From the human T2T-CHM13v2.0 reference genome, Homo sapiens: a stretch of 64,000 bases of DNA. The stretch lies in assembly GCF_009914755.1 (NCBI RefSeq), contig NC_060925.1; one strand, given 5' to 3'. The notes beneath the pieces are model-generated. The model saw only the letters and a program-made list of their open reading frames with translations, was not told where the DNA came from and made no database searches. The position numbers and the translations under genes are program-made. Of this stretch, positions 40,701 to 51,620 are shown piece by piece. Position 1 is the first letter of the stretch. Each line of letters begins with the position of its first letter.

Positions 40701-43543
40701 AAAAAGGAGTGCTTAAAAGAGTATTGTCTAAGTTGGCACCAGAGTTGGGGAGTTTTAAGAGGTTTAGAAGCCTGGCCATCAATACACACAACAGTTATGG
40801 AGGCAAGAGAAACAGGCCCTTGAAAAGAAGGTAATGTGGAGTGGGTAGCCTCTGTATTGATTAAGAAGGGGACGGACTTACCCTCCACTGTGAGAGTTAC
40901 CTAAAGCTCGGCGTCCGTGATGGAATACCAGGCGTCCGAGGTGATCGGGCAGCGTCAGTCTTCAGCCACTAAGCCAGGAAGATCTGGGAAGGAGTCAGTC
41001 ACAGAGCCCTGGGCCAGAGTTCCAGGGGCTCTGGGAGTGGCTGCCAGGTGAGTTGAACAGTCCGATTTCCATCCGATTTCCAGTGGGGTCCTGCACAGAT
41101 GGGACACGGCTTAGGACAAATCCTGGGCTGTGGGCATTCCTTGGCCTGGTGGCCAGGTTTCTAGCACTTGTAGCAAGCTCCTGGGGGAGGCAGTTCTAGA
41201 GGAATGCCTGGCCGCTGCGGTTTAGGCGTTTGGAAGTTCTTGTGTGCTGGAGATGTGGCTGGGGTTTGTCTCACAGTGGAGGCAAGGAATTGCAACTTTT
41301 TTCTATTATTTTACACCTTGAAGGCAAGGTTAATTAAATCCTGTTGTGGGGTTTGAGGGCTGGAATTTAATTTTTGGAGTTTTATTTAATGTCGGGAGTA
41401 GATTGGGTAATAAAATGTATATTGAGAATAAGACGGTCTTTTGACCTTTTAGGGTCTAGGGCTGTAAAGCGTCTCAGGGTTGCTGCCAAACGAGCCATGA
41501 ACTGGGCTGGGTTTTTCATATTTGATGAAAGAGCCTAAACACTTACTGATTTGGGAGAGGTCTGATAAAGAAAAAGGAGCATTAACTTCGACTATGCCTT
41601 TAGCTTCAGCCACCTTTTTAGGAGGAAATTGCTGGGCAGGTCGGGGAGGGCTACTCCGGAATGTAAACCGGACCAGGTGTGAGGAGGGGAGGTGATAAAA
41701 AGATTTTAGGGTGGAGGAGCGGAGGCTGAGGAAGAACTGGGACCTAGCTTGGCCTGGCAAGGAGCAGCCTGGGGAGGTGGGGAGAGGTCAGATGGGTCTG
41801 TAGAAAAGGAAGATTGGAAAGACTCAGTGACGCTTGGGGTTGGGACTGAGGGGACAGGCGGGAGGGAAAGAAGGAAGATTTGGGATGATAATAATCGTCC
41901 CAAATAATAATCTGTGCACTGGGCACAGAGACTAGGGAGGGACCAATGTGTAAAAGAATGCCTGAACGTCAGGCACCTCAGACAATTTGCCTATTTTTCG
42001 ACAAAAATTATTTAGGTCTTGTAGGATGGAGAAATCGAAAGTGCCGTTTTCTGGCTATTTAGAACTACTGTCGAATTTGTATTGGGGTCAAGCGGCATTG
42101 TAGAAGAAAAGAAGGCATTTAGGTTTTAGGTTAGGCGAGAATTGAAGAGGTTTTATGTTCTTAAGAACACAGGCTAAGGGAGAAGAAGGAGGACTGGAGG
42201 GTGGAAGGTTGCCTATAGTGAAGGAGGCAAGTTTAAAGAAAAGGGAGAGTAGAGATATGGAGGGAAGTGGTTCAGGGGTTCTTACCTTCCAGAAAAGCGG
42301 GAAAGGGGTCGGCACGCAGAGATATGAGGTCGGGGTGTGGAAATAAGGGATCAGGGTGCAGAGATACAAGAGGTTGGGGCACGGAAATAAGGGATCAGGG
42401 CACAGAGATATGAGGTCAGAGCAGGGAAATAAGGGATTGGGGTGCAGAGATATGAGGTCAGAGCAGGGAAATAAGGGATCGGGGTGCAGAGATAAGAGGT
42501 CAGGGCACAGAAATAAGGGATTGGGGATTCTTGCCCCCTAGAAAAGCGGGACTTGCCTATAAGGGTGAAGGAGAAGGGGTTGAGGGGTTCTTGCCCCTCC
42601 TCCAGAAAAGCGGAGAAGGGGTAGAGACAAAGAGAGAAGGGGTTGGGGTACTTGCCCCTCCCCCAGAAAAGCGGGACTTGCCACTAAGGGTGAAGGACCA
42701 AGGCAGGAGTCCTTGCATGGTCTGACACCTCTGAAACGTGGGTGAATAATCAGAGAGGCTTCCCTGCAATGATTAAACACCAAGGGAAGGCTGCCTTCCC
42801 AGTCTGTGACCGGCGGCGGAGTTTTGGGTCCACGGATAAAATGTCTCCTTTGTCTCTACCAGAAAATGAAAGGAATTGAAATTAAGAGAAGGGAGAGATT
42901 GAAGTGTGGCGCCAAGATTGAAAGGAGAAAGAGGTTAATGGATAGTGACGGAGGTTGGAGAAGAAAGTAAAAAGAGGCCGCTTACTGGATTTGAAATTGG
43001 TGAGATGTTTCTTGGGCTGGTCGGTCTGAGGACCTGAGGTCGTAGGTGGACCTTTCTCACGGAGCAAAGAGCAGGAGGACAGGGGATTGATCTCCTAAGG
43101 GAGGTCCCCAGATCTGAGTCACGGCACCAAATTTCACTCGCATCTGTGTGAAGAGACTACCAAACAGGCTTTGTGTGAGCAATAAAGCTGTTTATTTCAC
43201 CTGGGTGCAGGTGGGCTGAGTCCGAAAAGAGAGTCAGCTAAGGGAGATAAGGGTGGGGCCGTTTTATAGAATTTAGGTAGATAAAGGAAATTACAGTCAA
43301 AGGGGGATTGTTCTCTGGCGGGCAGAGTGGAGGTCACAAGGTGCTCAGTAGGGGAGCTTTTGAGCCAGGATGAGCAAGGAGAAGGAATTTCACAAGACAA
43401 TGTCATCAGTTAAGGCAGGAACAGGCCATTTTCACTTCTTTTGTGGTGGAATGTCATCAGTTAAGGCAGGAACAGGCCATCTGGATGTGTACGTGCAGGT
43501 CACAGGGGATATGATGGCTTAGCTTAGGCTCAGAGGCCTGACA
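37722..43543 (-). mobile_element. HERV-H provirus (5.8-kb env-deleted type) with both LTR7s: 5' LTR 43132-43543, 3' LTR 37722-38134
   Basis: Two about 412-bp LTRs differing at 11 substitutions + 1 indel by my count. tRNA-His PBS tggtgccgtgactcagat at 43112-43129; PPT at 38135-38150; flanks ataaa/ataag. Protease (40637-40888, FLINTEATHS) and RT (40122-40424, VLDLKHAFFTIPLH) fragments. Confidence 0.97.
42310..42525. repeat. About 41-bp degenerate tandem repeat (about 5 copies) in the HERV-H leader
   Basis: Recurring gcagagata..gaggtc...gaaataagggat unit. Confidence 0.8.
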
Positions 43544-46419
43544 ATAAGCCTCATTTCCTCACCTAAAAATGGGATTCATAAAGCCAGCTCACAGAGTTAG
43601 TAAAACAATGTAGATCATATTTGGGATGTGACCTACCCGATAATTCTGGCACAAACGGGTAATCATCAGCCTCCTTACCCCTCACTGTTCTGGCAAGGGA
43701 AGTTGTCAGCAGGAAGACTGGCTGAGAGTGGTTTTTCAGGAAGAACTTGCAGTGCCCAGGGTGGAAGCCAGCCAGAGGCACATGGAACATGCCCAGGATT
43801 TTCCTTGGGGTGGGGAATGCTGGAAGGAGACAGAGAAACACCCAGGCAGCCGCATAAAAGGGGCTTATTTTCTGTATGTAATATTGTGATTCCGTGGGGC
43901 AGCTCGAGGGTTCCAGGCTGAAGACCATTTGGTATCCTCAGCCCATAATGCTCTATGCTCCAGGACTTGCCACAGTGCTGCATTTCCTCAGCCAAAGGCT
44001 TCCCAACTGACCTAGCCTAGAAACAATGTCAGTCCCTTTGGGAGTGGAACAAACTCAGGGCTGTTCCTCACTCAGGGCTGCAGGCACTCAGTGAGCACTC
44101 ATAGGAAATGGGAGCTGAGTGAGGAGAAGGAGCACTAAGGGGTGGGGGCAGGACCCCAGGTGGGAAGAATTGGGGGGGAAGCCACACAGGTCTGCATGCT
44201 TCCAGTTCAGTAAGAACAGCCAGGACACTCCTCTCCACCCACTCAGCTCAGCACCCATCTCTGCCTAAAGTACTGCATCAGCTGCCTCCTTCTTATCCAC
44301 CCCCATGCTGGCCCCAAGAGGGATTTTCTGAAACGCCAGTCACCACCTACATTCACTGACTTGCTCCAGTCACTGTAGGCATAAACACAAGTAAGATACC
44401 AAGGTCCCCACCCTCAAGGGGCTCACATCTAAGGCAGATGCACCCCAAGTCAATAATCACATTCAGAGAGATAAATGGGGAGTACACTGGGGCTGTGGAT
44501 TTTCCCAGGCTAGGAGTCCGTGCTTCTGAGGAAACAGCGCTCAGAGAGCTGAAGGTGAGGGAGGGTGTGCCCCTCTAGGAACTGCATGGAGTTCAGTTGA
44601 GCAGCCAGGAAGCACAGGAGAATTCTGACCCAAACCCCAGGGGGCATGGAGAGGGAAGAGCCTCTTTGGGAGAAGCTGCCAAGGAAGAAGGTGCCTGCAG
44701 GACAACCTAGTCACCATGACAGTTGGTGGACAGTCAGCCGATGGAAAGCTTGAGAACAGAGAGGTGTTGGTTTACATGGGCCCTGCAGCATGGAGAAGGA
44801 GGGGCAATGGGAAGCTGGATGGGGCAGGGCAAACACAGCCCCATGAGGGCAGGAAGATGAGAGAGTTGAGCTTTGCACAGAAACTCATACATAAGTGTGG
44901 TCGGAAGACAAGGCTGTGAAGCTGGTGGGATTAGCTGGCTCTGAGATTCCAAGCAAGACTCTGGTTTCCAGAATCTTCAGTGAGGGCACAGCCTAAAGCC
45001 TATGGGAGACAGGAGCTATGGATCTATAAGTAGGGGCCTGACCCTCCACTTACTGTGAACTGTAGATGGAGTAAACTGGACTCCGGGCACGTAATCCTAA
45101 AAGCAATTTTCTTAATCAACTGACTTAAGCAACTTGTTCAATGGGTATAATCCTTCCCTTGTCTTCTGGTTACAATTAAGCCATAGAAATCCCTGCTATC
45201 ACTTTGAGTCTGAAAACACAGTCTCAATTTGGATATTGTAATGCCCAAGGCCATAGATTATGCAACACTTCAGTCTTCATGCAAACGTAAGACTTCTCCT
45301 CCCTGCAGGTCCCACCCCCAGCTAGGGCTGCTGCAGGGCCTGCCTACCTTGGGAAAAGGGAATGTATCCAGCTTGTCATGTTTCTCACTCTCTTCCTCCC
45401 CACTCGAGAACTGCTAAGTCTGACCCCTGGGAGCAGCCGTTTGAGGAGGGAGGAGGAGTTGTAGGGAGCAGGGAAGTTCTGCCTTTAGTAGGATGCTTTT
45501 ACCAAGGCTCGGGCTCATGGGCCTGGATCAAGCATAAGGCATCTTCCCTGTGGATGCCCTGGTAGAGTATGAAGGATTCCCCCAGCCTGGGAACCTTCCC
45601 TGTGCACTCTTCACTAAGCACTGCATCCCTAAGCCGTGGGCCACTTCAGTTCTTCCACAGCCTCCACACTTCCAGCAGTTCACTTCCAGATCCTGTCAGC
45701 TGAGGACCCAATCCCCCTAGGGAGCATATGGAACAGGATGGAAGATCTCAACACTATCTTTTTCATGTACGTGGCCCATATCTAGTTCACATAAACACAT
45801 GCTAAAGAAACACTCCCACAATCTTTGCCCAACCCCTAGGGGGCAGGCCAATCCCAAACCAACTACTCCCAACTACCCCCACCTGCATACTCCACCAGGA
45901 CATCCACAGAGAAGAGTCAGCCTTCTGCTGTTCAGGCCCAAGAGCCAGAGCCTTCTTAGGAGCATCCTACTCAAGTCAAAACATTCCTGCTCCCTACAAC
46001 TCCTCCTCCCTCCTCGAACCACAGCTCCTGGACGCCAGACTTAACAGTTCTCAAGTGGGAAGGAAGTGAGTGAGAAGCAGCGAGGAAGCCAGAGGCTCTT
46101 GCCCTTTATGTATTTTTGACTTGAGTCCGACCCTGGTCCACAGTGCCCCAACTGAGGGGTATGCCTCCCAGCTCTCCACGTTTCCCTGCCAACGCTCCTG
46201 AACCCGAAACTACACTTGGGGCAAGGGGCAAGCTCAAGGCTGCTTGCCCCAAACCCCTTCCCCCATCATTAGGAAAATGCAACAAAGATTTGTCTAAATA
46301 AATGTTTACAAAATCTTTTTGTATCCCCCTTATAGAGTATTTGGAATTGCAAATTCAGTTCTTAGTATTTCCTTTACAAATCTGCTCTTTATTTTGTAAT
46401 TTGTATGTATACTATGTCT

Positions 46420-48165
46420 TTTTTTCCTATACATTTTATTGTGGTTAAATATATATAATGTATAACTTACCATTTTTCAGAATAGAATTCAGTAATATTA
46501 AGTACACTCACTGTGTTGAGCAATCATTACCACCATCTATCTCCATAACTCTTCTCATCTTCTCAAATTGAAACTTTGTACCCATTAAACAATAACTCCT
46601 AAGCCCTCCTCCACCAAACCCTGGCAGCCACTATTCTACCTTCTGTGTCTATGATTTTGATGACTCTAGGCACCCTATATGAATGGAACCATACAGCATT
46701 TGGGTCAAAGACAAATGCTATATGGTTCCATTCATATAGGGTAGATCAGCTCTCAACAAAGGGCATTCTTGAATGGCAGCCAAGAATGTTGTTTCTGTTG
46801 CTTAAGTCACCCAGTTTGTGGTCCTTATTATGACAGCCCTAGCTATAGGCTCTAAGGAAAAAAGGCAGCAAGACTGGGCATCAATGATCAAGGACTGTTG
46901 TTTATGAGAGGTGAGGGTTTCAATGTGAGCTTTTAATCTAGTAAACTCTCTATTTCTTTTCTTATGTATTTGTTTCTTGCCACTCAAAAATTCTCTTTCA
47001 TTCAGCATAATGTCAAGGTTCATCTCTGTTGTAGTATGTGTCAGCCCTGAATTCCTTATAAGGCTGAATGATATTCCATTAAATGTTTTGACTACATTTT
47101 GTTTATCCCTTCATTTGTTGATGGACATTTGGGTTGTTTGCATCTTTTGGCCATTAAAATTAATGCTGTTATGAACATGGGTGTACAAATATTTCTTTGA
47201 ATCTCTGTTTTCAATTCTTTTGGATATATGCCCAAAAGTGAAATTGCTAGGTCATAGTAACTCTATTTTTAATCTTTTGAGGAACTACCATACTGTTTTC
47301 CATGCAGGCTGCACCATCCTATATTTCTACCCGTGATGCACAAGGTTTCCACTGTCTCCACATCCTCACCAACACTTGTTATTTTCTGTTTTATTGATAA
47401 TAGTCATCCAAATGGGTACAAAGTGATATTGTATCACAATGATAAATGATTAGTGGTGTTGAACATCTTTTCATATGCATTTTGGCCACGTGTATAACTT
47501 CTTTGGAGAATTGTCTATTCAACTCCTTTGCTTATTTTTGAGTAGGGTTGTTAGTTTCATTTGTGTTGATTTACTGGAATTCTTCATATATTATAGGTAC
47601 TAATCCCTTATCAGATGTATGATTTGTAAATATTTTCTCCCATTCCATCGGTTGCCTTTTCACTCTGTTGATAGTGTCCTTTGATGCTCAGAAGTTTTTA
47701 ATTTTGACGAAGTTCAGTTTATTTATTTTTTCCTTTATTGCCTGTGATTTTGGCATCATCACCAAGAAATTATCTCCAAGTCCAACAACATGAAGATTTT
47801 ACCCTATGTTTTCTTCTAAGAGCTTTATTTTCTTAGCTCTTGCATTTAAGTCTTCAATCCATCTTGAGTTAATTTTCATATATGGTACAATGTAAGGGTC
47901 CAACTTCTTTCTTTGGCATAGGAATATTCCATTTTCTCAGCATCATTTGTTGAAAATGCTGTCATTTTTCCACTGAGTGGTCTTCACACTCTTGTCAAGA
48001 ATCATTTGACTGTAACTGTGAGACTTTATTTCTGGGCTCTCTGTTCTATTCCATTGGTTTATATGATTGTCTTTATGCCACTACCACACTGCTTTCACTA
48101 CTGTAGCTTTGTAGTGAGTTTTGAAATCAGGATGCATGAAACCTCCAACTTTGTTCTTCTTATGT
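46420..48165 (-). mobile_element. L1M (MA/MB-type) 3' portion, disrupted at 46672-about 46985
   Basis: Reverse L1 3'UTR/ORF2 motifs (gatggacatttgggttg, tttgaggaactaccatactgttttcc, ctttggagaattgtctattc). Confidence 0.85.
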
Positions 48166-49249
48166 GTAGTATGTCTTTGTGCCTCAGTGGCAACTTCCAT
48201 TTATTGGCCTGTTATATTTCTATACTTTTTTATGCATGGCTGAAACCATTCCCCTTCCCATAAAGCTTTCTCAGTCTCTCCAACAAAGGACTTCATTGAT
48301 CCTTCCTCTGGGCTATCCAGCTAAAAGGAAGAAAGGGGTGGACAAAAGTGACCTATTTTGTGTCAAAAGCACCTGTCTTTTGACTGTCTGTATTCCCCAC
48401 AAGGCATGAACAACTAAAGACATGTGTGCTCCCTGAACAGGGTCAGGGATAGGACAGGCCTCACTTCATGTAGGACTGACAGCACGAGGACATCCTTCAC
48501 TCTCGGAAGCTCTCTGAGAGAATATTCTGGATAATTGAGGCCTCAGCTTTGAATGCCAACACCTGCCTAAAATGTTTGACCATTTTGCATGAAACTCTTC
48601 CTGCCTGGGTTTCATACTCCATGCCTTCTAAATAGAAAACTCATAATGACCACAGTCACCTTTCCTTGATGACTCTGGGTCATCCGTATGTGTGTGAATC
48701 TTGGCTGCTACTCAAGAATGCCCTTTGTTGAGAGTTGATCTACCCAGTTTTATAGGTCTGTTTGCCCCGATTTAGTCATCTTTTACATTGTCTTTCCTGG
48801 TCTTTCCAGGTTTAATGACCTCTCATGCACCATCAACCCATCAGCTGCCATTCTCCTTGCTGTCCCTGTGTAGCTTTGCCCCCTCTCTTCTAATTTGTTG
48901 TGAGTTGGGATATGAATAACAAGACTCTGGCTAAAACAAAAATAAACAGTCTCTGAGTGGGGTCACAAGGCTCACTGATAAGTCAAAGATTTAGGTTTTG
49001 GGCATGAGTTTTAGAATGTCTATTCTGGCTGTTTCAAAGCCTTTTTTGCTCCCTTCCTCATGCTCTGTTGGTCTCTGGGCTGCTAATGTGCCTGGTTAGC
49101 TTACAGATAAGTCTTAGATGCATTCGAGGAGAGGCTACTATAAACCCAAACCTGCTAGTTTTGGATTAGGTAAGTGTGCAGGGTTTGGGGGTCAGCCTCA
49201 TGTATCTGTGAGGTAGATGGGAAGACAGAGCATGCAGGCAGCAGAACAC

Positions 49250-49623
49250 TGTCCTAGTCCATCCCTACTGCTACAGCAAAACACCTAAGACCAGGTAATT
49301 TATAAAGTACAGGAATTTATTTCTCACAATTCTGGAGGCTGGAAGTCCAAGATCAAAGCCCCAGCAGGTTTGGTGTCTGGTGAGGGCCCAGTCTATGCCT
49401 CCAAGACGGCACCTTGTGGCTGTGTCCTCACATGGCAGAAGGTAAAAAGGCAAAAGGGCCTGGCTAGTTCCCTTAGCCCTTTTATAAGGTACTGATCCCA
49501 CCCATGAGGGAGAAGCCCTCACGGGCTAATCACTCCTAAAGGCCCTACCTCTTAGTACTGTTGCATTGGGGATTCAGTTTCAACATGAATTTTGGAAGCA
49601 ACACAAGCATCCAAACTATAGCA
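49250..49623. mobile_element. MST/MLT1A-type MaLR solo LTR
   Basis: tgtcctagtcc..aatttatttctcacaattctggaggctggaagtccaagatcaa..tttcaacatgaattttgg..ccaaactatagca. Confidence 0.8.
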
Positions 49624-51385
49624 AACCCCAAGGGCTGGGTGAGGGGGCTCCTTGTGGGGAGCATAGAAAGAAGTACAAGACTCAGCTGTCTTCTCCCTGC
49701 GACATTCCTTTTCCCATCTCTGGAAGAGTCATCCGGATCCAGAGCCCTCACTATGGTGTGCTCAGAGGCCTAAGCTCAGACCACTCCTTCCCTGCTCCCT
49801 GATTAACACCCAGAGATCTGCCAGCCTCATTCCCCACTGTCCCTGTATCCAGCTCACCCCCAGGGACCACTGGGCACCTGGTCCATCACATTTTCCTGAT
49901 GTTTCTAATGCTGCCCCTCCTGCATCCCTGTTCGTCTGATAAACTTGCCTTTAAACGTGTATATGAAGGACTCTTCCTCTGGTATCTAATCCTAACAGGT
50001 GCTAGATCCCACAGAGCCCTGTCCAGCTGGGGACTATGCTGACCTCTCTCCCAGATCAATATCCCTCTCCTCGGGGCTCAGCCTGGCCAGTGCCTGATGT
50101 TCTGGGATAGGAGAACTGGGGAGAGAAGGCCTAGGACCCTGCCTCTCACTTTTCTTTCCACCAAAAGGGGAAAAAAGAGGATCTGGTCCTCACACCCAGC
50201 CTTGGGATACTTATAAGATGCTGGGGATAGGGTGTGGGACAGGGCCAGTGAGAGCTGGGGATGGGGTGTGGGACAGGGCCAGTGAGATCTGTTTTCCTGC
50301 TGCTCCAGTCTGGGCCCTACAGCAGATGCATGCAGAGTAATATTTGTAAGACTGAAATATTCCAAATGCAGCTACTTTGGAAGGACCATGTGAGCAGATA
50401 TCTAAGTGCGTGGCATCTGGGCCCCTTGGCTAGATGGTGGTCGATGTTGGTTTCTTTGTGTTAACCCCAAGAACATTCAGTAGCTCAGGGTTTGCAGAGG
50501 TTCTCAGGAGCACATCTTAGCCTCATTGGTGGTGTGAGGCAGGCAGGGCACAGGTCACACTGATGAGGACACCCGGGCCCAGAGACATTTAGCAACCTGC
50601 CCAAGGGCATCTGTAGTTCAGTGAGAGGTGGAGCTGGGACTGAAATCTAGGCTGCCTGAGTCCCAGAGATGGTCTTCCCTGGACCCAGGGAGCACTGTAT
50701 CTTTTTCAGGGAAGGCCTCCTGACCACAACCATTTCATCTGTCACAGTACAGAATAGGAAGTATGGGTCAGGCATCAGATGATGTGAATTCTGGCTCTGC
50801 CTTTTCAGAGATGGCCCTGCCTAGTTCCTTGGAATAAATGATGATGTCTTCCCCAGCCTCAGTTTCCTACACTATATAAAAAGAGAAAGCAACATCTCGG
50901 TAGGTTGGAATGGGAGTACATGAGGTGGTGGCCACTTTGCTAGGGTCACAGTAGACTCCTCACCTCCTTCCCCTTGTCTTCCTCTCACTAGGTAAAAGAC
51001 AATTGTATTGAACTCTTAAGAAAATTGGACTCCAGTCCCGGCTCCACCTTTACTTCCCTGGGCCTTGGTTTTCCCACCACACAGGAGTTTGAACACTTTG
51101 ATTTCTGAAGTCCTTCCCACCTCTGGGGTTCCAATATTCTGCTCCTTTTCTCCTCTTCCTCCTCCCCCTCCTTTCTCCTCCTGCTCATCTGGGGTTAGGG
51201 AGATTGCGTGTATGTGTGTGCCTGTGTGTACACATGCATGTATGTGTGTGCACGTAGTGGCAGCAAGGAAGAGGAAGGAAGGAGTCCTGCAGGGGTTGGT
51301 GGTGGCAGTTGGGAGAAAAGGAGGCAGGACTGTATGTGCCAGCAGGGCTCAGAGTTTTCTCACCAACTAATGGTGCTTGGGGCAG

Positions 51386-51433
51386 TTTAATCATTAAAGG
51401 AAAGGAATGAAGCCAGGAGCGCCTCAAAGTCCA
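51386..51433 (+). promoter_or_regulatory. SLC5A9 proximal promoter: HNF1-type site (51386-51398) and HNF4A-type CAAAGTCCA (51425-51433)
   Basis: TTTAATCATTAAA matches GTTAATNATTAAC at 11/13 positions, and CAAAGTCCA is the HNF4-specific core. Both are within 75 bp of the ATG. Function is inferred. Confidence 0.65.
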
Positions 51434-51458
51434 GCCTGCTGTTGACCAACACTAACAG

Positions 51459-51620
51459 ATGAGCAAGGAGCTGGCAGCAATGGGGCCTGGAGCTTCAGGG
51501 GACGGGGTCAGGACTGAGACAGCTCCACACATAGCACTGGACTCCAGAGTTGGTCTGCACGCCTACGACATCAGCGTGGTGGTCATCTACTTTGTCTTCG
51601 TCATTGCTGTGGGGATCTGG
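51459..51620 (+). CDS. SLC5A9: SLC5A9 exon 1 ([11 protein letters not shown]...VFVIAVGIW)
   Basis: ATG at 51459, 54 codons, donor TGG|gtaagt. Confidence 0.95.

Noticed and set aside
39100-41950. HERV-H gag/pro/pol as functional genes
   Set aside because: Only short fragments (at most about 110 aa) broken by stops, frameshifts and deletions; the protease motif reads NTEA rather than DTGA.
51452-51458. ctaacag just before the SLC5A9 ATG as a splice acceptor for an upstream exon
   Set aside because: There is no polypyrimidine tract, and HNF1/HNF4 promoter motifs lie immediately upstream, favouring a true first exon.
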